IMG/VR virus record: IMGVR_UViG_3300036828_000667
Location: 1 to 64,000 of that record
Origin: a virus
Length of the DNA stretch: 64,000 nucleotides
Strand: one strand, 5' to 3'
Below the pieces are notes generated by a model. That model was given only the letters and a program-made list of their open reading frames with translations. It searched no databases and was not told the origin of the DNA. Below are positions 31,885-41,271 of this stretch, piece after piece. Every line of letters begins with the position of its first letter. Within the stretch, counting starts at the first letter, position 1. Both the position numbers and the translations under genes were made by a program.

Positions 31885-32204
31885 CAGACCATCCTGATTT
31901 CACCGTGCTCTACAAAGAAGTGAGCACGACATCCACTGAGTAGTAGTATTGAACTAGAGTTTGCTTTTAACGAGAGATCGTAGAAGCTATGTCCTACGAA
32001 CTCCCACCGACCGGGCTTAGGATGAATAGTCAAAGGGACATGAGTTCGCCAGCAAATGACGATATGAGTATTATTCGTAGTGAAACATTTAGGACACTTG
32101 AAAAGAATGCCATCACTATCGACTACCAACGTACTTGAAATACAACGCCAAGCCTCCTCGGATTCCAACTTTATAAATTCCGGCTCTAAATCAGTTAGTT
32201 TCAC
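31884..32204 (-). CDS. conserved small Cys/His protein
   Basis: F.CPKC..H..W......SL...SI....C..HFFV..G.I. Confidence 0.6.
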   Translation of the reverse strand: MKLTDLEPEFIKLESEEAWRCISSTLVVDSDGILFKCPKCFTTNNTHIVICWRTHVPLTIHPKPGRWEFVGHSFYDLSLKANSSSILLLSGCRAHFFVEHGEIRMV

Positions 32205-32212
32205 AGCTTAAC

Positions 32213-33670
32213 CTAGTGATACCGCCAACTAGCGCCGTCACACAAAACAGATGATATCGTCGATCCAGTCGTACCTACCGCTGCATTATATGTAGGTGAT
32301 GCAACTCCATTAGAAATCTTGACAGCTTGTCCAATAAGAGCCGCCGAAGGTGTTGGCAAAGATGCTATCGTATATAGATACTCTGGATAATTTCCATATA
32401 TTAAATGATTTGTACCACTATTAACGATATTATTACCAAGGTTCGAAAACGTATTACCAGTGATCAAGACCTTAGTTGAACCCGACTGTAGAAATATACC
32501 TGTCCCCGCTGGCGTAGAATCTGAATTATAGAATACATTTCCTGATATCACACTTGACCATGTAACTGCTTCCTGCACAGCTACTCCATTATTGGTACTG
32601 CCATTATGAAGTATAACGAAAACATTGTTGATGATTGAGAACCCCCCTATTCCTACCTCCAGAGCAATTCCAACTGAATTGGCAGGGTCCATATAAAACG
32701 TACTTCCGTTAATAGTTACTTGCGACATAGATGATTCTAAACGAACACCACCTCCATTACTACCACCAGCATTAAATTGACAGCCGACAACAGCTAGCTC
32801 GGCTTGGTTTACTAACCCGGGTGGCGCACGAATACCGTAAGTAACGCCTGTAAAATTACAGGAAGTAAACGCAAGTCCTTGGGTATAATTTCCGTATACT
32901 ACTCCAGTACCTAGTAAGTTAAAGGTTGATCCAATAAAGTTATGAGCAACTGGAAACGTTGATGAAGTACCTTGTACGATAACACCCGTGCCGAGAGTCT
33001 GCCATAAACTAGGCGGCCCTGGTCCGTGGAAAATATCCCCTATCCAATTGATATTATTCAATCCATTAATGATTACACCTGTAGTCCAATAGTTAGGACC
33101 AATCGAGTAGCCACCATTACCACGTACAGCAATTCCAGATATCTCACTTACCGGACCATAGCCAGGAGTCGAAGTAGCCTGTCCCTGATTCACCTGGATA
33201 GCGTATCCTCCAGATGCTCCAGCAGTACCAGTGGTAATCGAGAAATCCTTGAAGTGAATACTATTCTGTTGGCTTTGCAGATTGATATTAAATCCAATCC
33301 CAACAGTTGGGAATGTCAACTCAGTTGCTTCGGCTCCATCACCAACAATCACCAAGCTATCTGTAGATGAAGTAGTAGACCAAGTATTCGGTGTTGTTGA
33401 GAACAGATACTTTCCAGCTGGAAAGTAGATACACTTACCTGTAGTAGAAGCAGGAAATCCAGCTATGGCAGCATTATATGCTGGAGTATTGTCCGTTAAG
33501 TTATCTCCTTTACCTCCATAAGCAGTAATATCTACACGTTTTTGATCAAGCAAGATAGCCGAAGAGTTCACTATATCATGCAGAATACCTCTAACAGCAA
33601 CAGCGGTGTTAGCTTGACCAGAAGGAAGATTAGTGTCAATCTCAGAATTAAGCGCTGATTGTGACTTCAC
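32213..33670 (-). CDS. tailspike with pectin-lyase-like beta-helix
   Basis: YGGKGD..TDNT.A...AI, IYFPAGKY, I.GN.F repeats. Confidence 0.82.
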   Translation of the reverse strand: MKSQSALNSEIDTNLPSGQANTAVAVRGILHDIVNSSAILLDQKRVDITAYGGKGDNLTDNTPAYNAAIAGFPASTTGKCIYFPAGKYLFSTTPNTWSTTSSTDSLVIVGDGAEATELTFPTVGIGFNINLQSQQNSIHFKDFSITTGTAGASGGYAIQVNQGQATSTPGYGPVSEISGIAVRGNGGYSIGPNYWTTGVIINGLNNINWIGDIFHGPGPPSLWQTLGTGVIVQGTSSTFPVAHNFIGSTFNLLGTGVVYGNYTQGLAFTSCNFTGVTYGIRAPPGLVNQAELAVVGCQFNAGGSNGGGVRLESSMSQVTINGSTFYMDPANSVGIALEVGIGGFSIINNVFVILHNGSTNNGVAVQEAVTWSSVISGNVFYNSDSTPAGTGIFLQSGSTKVLITGNTFSNLGNNIVNSGTNHLIYGNYPEYLYTIASLPTPSAALIGQAVKISNGVASPTYNAAVGTTGSTISSVLCDGASWRYH

Positions 33671-33714
33671 TGCATAAGCTCATTAGACCTGTACCTGTGA
33701 CTTCGATAGGAGTT

Positions 33715-34278
33715 TCAAGGTGCGGCTTCATATACGCCAGAAGCCACAAATTCATATGGAGGAATAATATTAAACATAAGACCAATAGCAGACGGACTCG
33801 TCAAACCAGGAACAATCGCTATCGCAGTAGCATTAGCTCTAGCTATTCCAAACAACGCATTCCATTGAGAGTCGTCAGCACTGCCTGTAGCATGATAAAC
33901 TGCACTCGTAGAAAACATGAAGTTAGTCTTAACAGGCAAATCTACATACGCGTTGCTAACCCAGTTAGCACTTCGAGGTCCACTAACCTGGACTACAAAT
34001 TCAAAGCATATTGTAGTACCTAGCTTTCTATATCTGCCAATAGCCGTATAGATTATACCAGTAGCTAATGTACCTGTACCAGCAGAATTCCTATATCCAA
34101 ACATCGTAGGAGTATACGATTGCCAAGGAGCAAAGTTACCATCAATTGTAAGATCACCGTGTATGTGTACATTCTTTCGAACTAGTAAGTTTCGATTTAC
34201 ATTGAGATCCAGGAAAGGATGTGTCTGCTCGCTAGCCCCTGGTTGGGTCCATGAGGGTCGCCAACCCTTAGTTGACAT
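33715..34278 (-). CDS. tail fibre-associated protein
   Basis: WQSYTPT, GRYRKLG, SGVYE motifs. Confidence 0.65.
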   Translation of the reverse strand: MSTKGWRPSWTQPGASEQTHPFLDLNVNRNLLVRKNVHIHGDLTIDGNFAPWQSYTPTMFGYRNSAGTGTLATGIIYTAIGRYRKLGTTICFEFVVQVSGPRSANWVSNAYVDLPVKTNFMFSTSAVYHATGSADDSQWNALFGIARANATAIAIVPGLTSPSAIGLMFNIIPPYEFVASGVYEAAP

Positions 34279-34436
34279 AACCGCTCACCACACCTAACCC
34301 CAAGGGGAGGCTCTGGACGGGCTTTCCCGTGGCCCTGTGGGGGGTAGCTGGGGAGCCGGAAATCTGCACTGGCGGGCTTCTAAGCAGAGCCTGGACCCAC
34401 TTGCCATCCAATAGATCCATGGGGTAAGAACAATAT

Positions 34437-34511
34437 GCATACCGCCCCTCTCCAGGCCGCTGCACGGCATACCGAACCGCCCCTGCCCTGACCAAAGCAC
34501 ACCGCACCATA
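34437..34511 (+). ncRNA. pentamer element E3, 15 units
   Basis: TTGCCA 34401; ends GCACA CCGCA CCATA CTTT. Confidence 0.85.
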
Positions 34512-34537
34512 CTTTCTCCCTTTTTCATCACCCAACT

Positions 34538-34906
34538 TTATTCCTTTTTATTGAGACAAGCCTTGTCATCAGGGTATCGGCCACAGAAAGCTTTTGCTTG
34601 TTCCATGATCCAATCACGTCCCTGGTCTTGTGACATATCTTTCCAGCTTTTAGTAACTGTCACGGTCTTAGTTCTGTATTGAATAGTAGGTTTAGGAGTA
34701 GGCTTAGGTTCACGGTATTCACGCTCACGATGATGAACTATCGGTCTGGTAGTATGGTGTCTTGGTTCAGATGTTGGCTGTCGTTCCCGATACTCAGGTT
34801 GCTGAAACGACTGCCAGCAGCCCCACATCCACTGTGGACAGTTCTGGGCGTGAACTGGGCTGACCCCAAACAGGATGAAGACAATAGCTCCGATGACTAC
34901 TTTCAT
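34538..34906 (-). CDS. secreted hypothetical protein
   Basis: signal peptide ending VHA. Confidence 0.65.
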   Translation of the reverse strand: MKVVIGAIVFILFGVSPVHAQNCPQWMWGCWQSFQQPEYRERQPTSEPRHHTTRPIVHHREREYREPKPTPKPTIQYRTKTVTVTKSWKDMSQDQGRDWIMEQAKAFCGRYPDDKACLNKKE

Positions 34907-35014
34907 TTACTCACCAATCTGTCTTCAACCAAAGAAAAAGTAGATAAGCAAAAGAGCCAACACCACAAAAAACAATATAGGAAAAAAAATCGGATTATAG
35001 TTCATCTTATAATC

Positions 35015-35308
35015 CTAGCTCCCTATGATCTTCCACGCGGTTCCGTTATAATAAACTAAAACATGGTTTGACCCACCACCAACCACAACAGTCGAAACAG
35101 TAGTAACTGTCGCATCGGTCACAGGCATGACCATGCCCTCACTTGGTCCTACAGGTAAACCTGACACTAACCCAGCTACAGGAAAATCACATGTATTCAT
35201 ATTATGAAGAGTAGCTTTAAGCCCAGTAACATTAGTACTGGCGTAAATGTTTGGCGTAACGTTAGCTTCGATTTGTCCATCGATATCAGACTTTAGAAAA
35301 GCAGCCAT
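35015..35308 (-). CDS. small fibre-like virion protein
   Basis: VTDAT....V.GGGS..V.V.YNGTAW; related to 42462-42659. Confidence 0.65.
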   Translation of the reverse strand: MAAFLKSDIDGQIEANVTPNIYASTNVTGLKATLHNMNTCDFPVAGLVSGLPVGPSEGMVMPVTDATVTTVSTVVVGGGSNHVLVYYNGTAWKIIGS

Positions 35309-35509
35309 CTAGGTCTCCTTTTGTTGAGTCACGATCTTGGTGATTTCTCTAACAATCGAATGGTATGGACTACCATCATATTCTTCATTGAACTGATTAC
35401 TCAGTCCAACTGCCTCTTCTTTCGAATACGGTCCCTGACAGTTCATCACAGGTTTACTATCAGTATCATGATCAATAATGAGAATAACAAAAGCTGTTTC
35501 CAGTTTCAT
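35309..35509 (-). CDS. hypothetical protein
   Basis: coupled ORF. Confidence 0.5.
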   Translation of the reverse strand: MKLETAFVILIIDHDTDSKPVMNCQGPYSKEEAVGLSNQFNEEYDGSPYHSIVREITKIVTQQKET

Positions 35510-35512
35510 GAT

Positions 35513-35953
35513 TTAGAAGTCCGCCCCCTGACACTCAATATCTATTTCTTTACCAGTACTTACAGCAGCAATCATACATCTGACCTGGAGAAGATCAGTT
35601 GGATTGAGAAACACAAAAGCCTGGCCAGTTTCGTCTAGTGGCAATGCTGATATGGAATTGAGTAGACTTACCGAAGGTACTGTGCCAATATATCCAGCAT
35701 TGGCTGGGACAGTCACAGTCCCAAGAGGTGTGAAGCCTACTGAGGAGGAGCCTTGATCTGTGATCCCAATCTGAATATCGTGTGCAGACGTATCGTTGTT
35801 GGACGCAATCACAGCATATACTTTGGTAGGGGCTGTACTTCCATTGGTAATTCCACCTAGAGCAACAGTAACTAGATTAAGAGCACTGGTGGGAAGTATC
35901 TTCCCTTTCTGACTCCAAGGAGTCTGTAACGCTGTTGGGACCATATTAACCAT
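35513..35953 (-). CDS. virion structural protein
   Basis: beta-rich, GGAGA RBS. Confidence 0.6.
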   Translation of the reverse strand: MVNMVPTALQTPWSQKGKILPTSALNLVTVALGGITNGSTAPTKVYAVIASNNDTSAHDIQIGITDQGSSSVGFTPLGTVTVPANAGYIGTVPSVSLLNSISALPLDETGQAFVFLNPTDLLQVRCMIAAVSTGKEIDIECQGADF

Positions 35954-35997
35954 TAAAGTATCTCCATCTGTTTCAATTTACAGTTGGACTTTTTCAA

Positions 35998-36285
35998 TCA
36001 TGCGAGCCAAATCTCACTCCTATTGTCTAAGGTAATAAGCCCGCTATTAGAGATTGCTTCAATACGATGATATCCAAAAGAATACTTATCGTTTATTGGA
36101 TAACTGGGACAATCAATCTGATTAGAAGTAATCGTAATCCAGTCTCCGGCGTTGAAACCAGACGGAAGAACTGGTACCTTGTCTAGAACTATCTTCTTTA
36201 CAGGCATCAGGGAGCTTGCCCTGACAATAGCAGGAGCTACGAAGAGAGATCCCAATCCAATAAGAAGAGAACGACGAGCAATCAT
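35998..36285 (-). CDS. twin-arginine-signal small protein
   Basis: RRSLLIGLGSLFVAPAIVRA. Confidence 0.65.
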   Translation of the reverse strand: MIARRSLLIGLGSLFVAPAIVRASSLMPVKKIVLDKVPVLPSGFNAGDWITITSNQIDCPSYPINDKYSFGYHRIEAISNSGLITLDNRSEIWLA

Positions 36286-36327
36286 GGCCTTTCCTTACAA
36301 CATTAGAAGAACCTTACCGGCATAACG

Positions 36328-36900
36328 TCATGCGCCTAAGACTTTACGCATTCGTTTTTTAAACTCAGGTTGTTTCAATCTAGCCTGATAATGCGTTATT
36401 GCATTTGGATTTTCAAAAGTATGAACACGATGAAGATTTTCAGGGTCATAAATAATATGAGAGAAGGAGCCTACATCCTCTTCCTGATTTTTATAACGTA
36501 CCGAAGATATCCCTTTATTCTTAAGCAACCTTCCAACAATAGAGTCATGATCATGAGGATGATTTTTAAGACTAGCCTGAAGATTCTCATGTTCATTCTT
36601 GGTAATCGTACCCATAGAGTGTAATTTTTTGACAATATGAGGAGCAGGAGATTCATCTCCCCAGGTGTCTTCAACGTCAATAGACTTACCTGACGGTTTA
36701 TATTTGTAAGCACGAATCTCAGTATCATGCCTACTCCCAACACCTTGGATTATATTTTTTGCTGCATCAATCGATCCAAAATGTGATCCAGGATTGGGAG
36801 CACCAAACTTCTTATATGTCCCGTGATAAAGGAGGGTGTCCCAAGAAGATTCGGCTAGTCTAGCATCTACTAAACTACGAATGATGTCTATCGTTCCCAT
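36328..36900 (-). CDS. putative ADP-ribosyltransferase-fold protein
   Basis: LYHGT, GSHFG..AA, GI..V.Y.N..ED.GS.S.II.DP. Confidence 0.55.
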   Translation of the reverse strand: MGTIDIIRSLVDARLAESSWDTLLYHGTYKKFGAPNPGSHFGSIDAAKNIIQGVGSRHDTEIRAYKYKPSGKSIDVEDTWGDESPAPHIVKKLHSMGTITKNEHENLQASLKNHPHDHDSIVGRLLKNKGISSVRYKNQEEDVGSFSHIIYDPENLHRVHTFENPNAITHYQARLKQPEFKKRMRKVLGA

Positions 36901-37636
36901 TTACCGCTCCTGTCAACTTAGGACCGATGGAGATCTTGGTAACTCTATGTTATGTTACCTTCCCCAGTTTCTTACTGTAATACAGAACGATATGACAGCC
37001 AATGCAATGGCTAGACAGATTTTGTATACAGTCCAATCCAGATTGGTGTCGCGGACTACATCCAACATACTAGAAAAGCAGAATGCGAGAGCGAGGATCA
37101 TACCTATGACTGCTACACGCTCTCTATACAGAATGACACTATCCTGCCTTGTCATATACGAGTCTGACTGTTCCATGGCCAATCAACCTATGATAATTGA
37201 TCAAACCCTCTCTTACTAACTCTAACTTATCGAAGGATAGTATCTGTTCGGCAATCACCAGTTTCTTCCCAAAGTCAACGTATATAACATCCGAGGTAGA
37301 TACGAATGGTTTTTGATCACACACTTTCGTCGTCCAGAAATTTGAGCTTTGGTAATGTTGGTTTCTTCTTATTCCTTCTCCCAGATGAGAGCCCTTCATT
37401 CGCACGAAGAATTTTAAGAACATAAAGATCTTTTTTTGATATGAATCCATAGTCAGGGTAGATCCCATGTCTTTCTCGAAATGCATTAATCCTATTCATT
37501 CCGTCCTGAGATACATACTTATTGCGATGACGCCTGTGAATACTAAGCGTTGACTCTGTTGGCTTTAAAAAAGGAACTGAGCACTTCCTAGGACCAATCT
37601 GGTCCAGACCAGCTTTAAGGTTCTTAGACATGGGGA

Positions 37637-37849
37637 TCACACACTTTCATTGAAATCCTTCTGCGGTCCTCTCTGTCTTTTCGGCTGACCATATTGCCGT
37701 ATAGCAATATCACTAACTGTAGCTATATTGGTGTTGTGTATCCTAGCAATATTCCTAAGAAGTTCCTTGTTAGAATACCTTTTGACTATATCGTGTTTTT
37801 CACTATCAGTGAATTTACGCACTCGTCTGAACTTCTTGACGTAAGGCAT
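37637..37849 (-). CDS. small HTH protein
   Basis: LRNIARIHNTNIATVSDI. Confidence 0.5.
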   Translation of the reverse strand: MPYVKKFRRVRKFTDSEKHDIVKRYSNKELLRNIARIHNTNIATVSDIAIRQYGQPKRQRGPQKDFNESV

Positions 37850-38055
37850 GCTAGCTCTCGTCTGGTAGTTTAAGCTTGTCCCTTCTGGCCATCACTTTGA
37901 TTGTTTTAGCGATAAGAGGTACATCCTCAGGCGAACAGTTCAGTTTCTCTAATGCTCTTCTGAAATAATGATCGAAGTGACTGTGGTGAATACCAGTTAG
38001 CCTACATATTCTCGCTTTGTAAGCTTTGTTGAGATTAAGGGACATTGTTACAGCC

Positions 38056-38571
38056 TTATTGAGACCGGTAGCCCAGCTGATCAAGTCTACTCGATATGTT
38101 ACTGTAGACAAGATTGTCGATACCCGTAATATAGTCCAGCGTTTTGTTATGACAGTTGAAAGCGAACACACGCCATGTAACCTTATTAGTTAAGGCTAAT
38201 AGATCGGTCCCGAAGACCTCGACAAAGGATAGGAACAGACTAGCGTTATCAGACTTAGCACTATAGTATTGGCTTAAGACAAACTCATCAAACTCCTCCG
38301 AAAAAGCGGAGAACACCTTCAGAGCAAAACTAGAAATATCAGGAGTGTTATCAGGAACACGGATATCGACTGGGATATCTAGCTTATAGATAAGAGGTGC
38401 AGCCTTATCAAGACCATCTATCTCAGCTTCTTTGAGAGAGATACCACGAGAAACTGGGGAAAGGAATAACCTGCAATCAGCCTTGTCAAGGATCAAAGAG
38501 AGTTCATCGATCTCGGTGTAATCTGTAATTACAGTACCATCAGAAAACTGTACGACTTTATTACAACTCAT
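38056..38571 (-). CDS. hypothetical protein
   Basis: 171 aa. Confidence 0.6.
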   Translation of the reverse strand: MSCNKVVQFSDGTVITDYTEIDELSLILDKADCRLFLSPVSRGISLKEAEIDGLDKAAPLIYKLDIPVDIRVPDNTPDISSFALKVFSAFSEEFDEFVLSQYYSAKSDNASLFLSFVEVFGTDLLALTNKVTWRVFAFNCHNKTLDYITGIDNLVYSNISSRLDQLGYRSQ

Positions 38572-39077
38572 TCCGATCTAGTCTCAGTACAAGCATAAGG
38601 TCCAGCTATACGATTAGCTGCCTCAACATAAGCTTGATGCGCTTCGTCTGGCGTATTAAATGTACCAAGACAAATGTATTTATTATCACGCTTGATTCTA
38701 GCCTGCCATCTATTACCGTTAGCCACTACACCTTTCAGTCCACTGGTAGTATTCTTACGCACACTGTTATAACGATTTTGCGAAGTAGTTGCTGGACGTA
38801 GGTTTGTCCAAATATTATTTGCCTTATTCCTATCTTTGTGATCAATTTCATCTTCTGGCCATTCTCCTTTCATCCACAACCAGATGATACGATGTACCTT
38901 ATAATCCTGTCCTTGATATCTAACTACCACATATCCGAACTTATGAATACGACCTGCCTTAGATCCTATAGGAGTGTTCTTCCTAGGCCTTATTGTCCAG
39001 ATCAGATCACCGGTCAATGGATTGTAATGAAAAATCTCTCTGACAGTATCTGCTGTCAGATCATTTACATATTCCAT
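38568..39077 (-). CDS. HNH-AP2 endonuclease
   Basis: HRIIW, IDHKDRNKANN..NLR, SGLKGV..WQARI..LGTF. Confidence 0.88.
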   Translation of the reverse strand: MEYVNDLTADTVREIFHYNPLTGDLIWTIRPRKNTPIGSKAGRIHKFGYVVVRYQGQDYKVHRIIWLWMKGEWPEDEIDHKDRNKANNIWTNLRPATTSQNRYNSVRKNTTSGLKGVVANGNRWQARIKRDNKYICLGTFNTPDEAHQAYVEAANRIAGPYACTETRSE

Positions 39078-39098
39078 ATTCTGTTTTTCCTCTGATGG

Positions 39099-39269
39099 TC
39101 AATCACGGATGAAACGCTGGATGACAAGTTGATTATTTGACAAGGATGCTTTATACCTACCGTCATCGCCAATCTTTTCACAGATTTGACGAGCCTCAGA
39201 ATCAGTAACACTGTCCTCCTTGATCCCAAGTTGAACTTTAGTCACGTGATCCGCTGACACTAGCACCAT
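39099..39269 (-). CDS. 56-aa protein paralogous to C-terminus of 39402-39920 (not in ORF track)
   Basis: MVLVSADHVTKVQLGIKEDSVTDSEARQICEKIGDDGRYKASLSNNQLVIQRFIRD. Confidence 0.7.
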   Translation of the reverse strand: MVLVSADHVTKVQLGIKEDSVTDSEARQICEKIGDDGRYKASLSNNQLVIQRFIRD

Positions 39270-39315
39270 GACCTAACATCCCTCTTGACTTTCAGACTGA
39301 CCTATGCTCACATCA

Positions 39316-39380
39316 CCACTTCACCCCGAACCGACCCGAACCATGCCACCCCGATCTGCACCCGTCCGCTCCATACCACA
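39316..39380 (+). ncRNA. pentamer element E4, 13 units
   Basis: TTGACT 39285; ends CCATA CCACA CTTTTT. Confidence 0.82.
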
Positions 39381-39401
39381 CTTTTTATATCACACATATA
39401 T

Positions 39402-39920
39402 TCATTCGGCGGACCACTGGATGATAAGCTTGTCGTTAGATAGACCAGCCTTGAAACTGCGATTATTGGCGATTTGTTCGACTATCTGTCTGGCACGAAC
39501 AATGGTCACTTCTTTTTCCATGATTCCTAAAGCTTCACGAATAGACTTACCTACCCGCACCTTAATCATACCACTACTCCTTGTCGTGCCATCCGAATTC
39601 AACCTACGTCTCCACTCAAGATTACTAGGACGGTTATCAAACCTAATATCATTCAGATGTTTAGCCATATACCCAGGTTTTTTAACCTGTCCAGTGAACG
39701 CAGATAATATAAACCAATGAGAAAGGTAACGACGATAGTGTTTTATAACTACCAAATAACCATCAGGGGTAAGAGTTTGTATTCTAAGTTCTGTCTTCTC
39801 TACGACTCTATGGCCAACGATACCACCCGGTAACACTCTAATACGACCATGATCAGAAGCTTGGTGATAAGGCCAATCTGGAATGTCTTTCCAGATCTCA
39901 CCCTTGTGTCCCCGAATCAT
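39402..39920 (-). CDS. NUMOD4-HNH protein fused to an extra C-terminal domain
   Basis: EIWKDI..QASDHGRIR; HLND...DNR.SNLEW. Confidence 0.75.
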   Translation of the reverse strand: MIRGHKGEIWKDIPDWPYHQASDHGRIRVLPGGIVGHRVVEKTELRIQTLTPDGYLVVIKHYRRYLSHWFILSAFTGQVKKPGYMAKHLNDIRFDNRPSNLEWRRRLNSDGTTRSSGMIKVRVGKSIREALGIMEKEVTIVRARQIVEQIANNRSFKAGLSNDKLIIQWSAE

Positions 39921-40137
39921 CTTTCATACTCATGGGGGGGGGTTCCGTATCACACCATTCGGAGTGAGCATGTAATAGATCACTCTCGGCTCGTGTGAAG
40001 AATATCGTCCCACCAAGGTCACGACCTAACAATTTCTCTGCTTCGTCCCGTGGAATGTAACCTATCGGCTTTTTGTCGTCATCGGTCGCAAAGACAGAGT
40101 TCTTCCAACTCTTTTCAATAACTAGCCATTCTCTCAT
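39898..40137 (-). CDS. hypothetical protein
   Basis: GGGG RBS. Confidence 0.55.
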   Translation of the reverse strand: MREWLVIEKSWKNSVFATDDDKKPIGYIPRDEAEKLLGRDLGGTIFFTRAESDLLHAHSEWCDTEPPPMSMKDDSGTQG

Positions 40138-40176
40138 CGGTCACCCCTTGACTTCCAAACCAACCCATGCTTACGT

Positions 40177-40258
40177 GACCGTCTATCCCATCCGAACCAG
40201 TCCAATCCTATCCTATGCACACCGCACAGAATGACCTAAGAGAAATCTTAGGTCATTC
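40177..40258 (+). ncRNA. pentamer element E5 (8-10 units) with GAAA-loop hairpin
   Basis: TTGACT 40148; GCACA CCGCA; 13-bp stem 40229-40258. Confidence 0.85.
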
Positions 40259-40263
40259 GCTTT

Positions 40264-40476
40264 TCAATCAGTGTCATAACCATCTGCGCTATAGTAGTTA
40301 TTTTCGTGGTACGGACACTCTTCTCTCATGAGAGCTAAGCAACGGCGAATAGATGCACTGCTTGTCCCATAGGACTCAACCACGTGGTCGCACCTTGAAC
40401 AAGTAACCTTGACACTGGGAACTTCCCCGTGATCACCTTCCAATTCGATTTCATCTATGGTACATTTTACCTTCAT
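40264..40476 (-). CDS. small Cys-rich protein (contains E5 match)
   Basis: CSRC, RRCL..MREECP. Confidence 0.7.
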   Translation of the reverse strand: MKVKCTIDEIELEGDHGEVPSVKVTCSRCDHVVESYGTSSASIRRCLALMREECPYHENNYYSADGYDTD

Positions 40477-40682
40477 GGCGCATCGTCAGGCCAGTATTTG
40501 AACTGGTTCCTAGATTGCCAATTATATATAGGTTGCCAGATCCCAATCTTCGCTAGTAGCTTCAAATACAATGGAGCGGCAGCATGACAAGCAACTAGCA
40601 TCTGATCGTAATGATCGTTGTGAGCCTTGATCCGGTCAAGAAAGGGAGTCTCTCCCTTCGTATGTTCACCGATTGATCCCAT
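40473..40682 (-). CDS. hypothetical protein (contains E6 match)
   Basis: ATG 40682 after GGAGG. Confidence 0.65.
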   Translation of the reverse strand: MGSIGEHTKGETPFLDRIKAHNDHYDQMLVACHAAAPLYLKLLAKIGIWQPIYNWQSRNQFKYWPDDAP

Positions 40683-40729
40683 ATCCCCCTCCACTTGACT
40701 CACAAAGATTATTTGGCTACTATCCAAAC

Positions 40730-40811
40730 GCGAGCCAAACCGGTCCACTCCACGCCCCTCCTTCGCTTACCGATCCACACAGAATGGCCTGAGAGAAATC
40801 TTGGGCCATTC
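40730..40811 (+). ncRNA. pentamer element E6 (10 units) with GAAA-loop hairpin
   Basis: TTGACT 40695-N17-TACTAT; stem 40782-40811 with two G-U pairs. Confidence 0.85.
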
Positions 40812-40920
40812 GCTATTCCATTGCCTTCACGGTAAAGATTTCGTCAACCTGACCACCACACGTGCAAGGCCAGTATCTCATAATTTAGCATTTGCGTTCA
40901 CCACAAACCTTCGTCATTGT

Positions 40921-41196
40921 CTAATTCACGTTTCTGTCCACCACAATCGGGACGTTATCCAGGTCACGAGTAAGTCTAATCGTATCGTAAAAATCTCGTT
41001 CCTCGTCATCCGTAAGTGTATTACCAAACTCTCCATGTGCCAAACCAAGCTCGAATGAGTCAAGTAGTTCTGTCTTACCAAACTTCTCTACTATGTGTGC
41101 AACAACACGGTCTTTCATAGCATCGCTACCTGAGGAAAGTCGGATGAACTTTTCCCAGGTTTCGAAAGATACCATATGGCCGTACAGGTGCATCAC
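40921..41196 (-). CDS. hypothetical protein
   Basis: 91 aa. Confidence 0.5.
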   Translation of the reverse strand: MMHLYGHMVSFETWEKFIRLSSGSDAMKDRVVAHIVEKFGKTELLDSFELGLAHGEFGNTLTDDEERDFYDTIRLTRDLDNVPIVVDRNVN

Positions 41197-41271
41197 TCAC
41201 TGTAGCACACAGCACAACCATGTCCAGAGACTTGACACCTAGCTATGGAATGCTTGAACTACGCACCGTCG

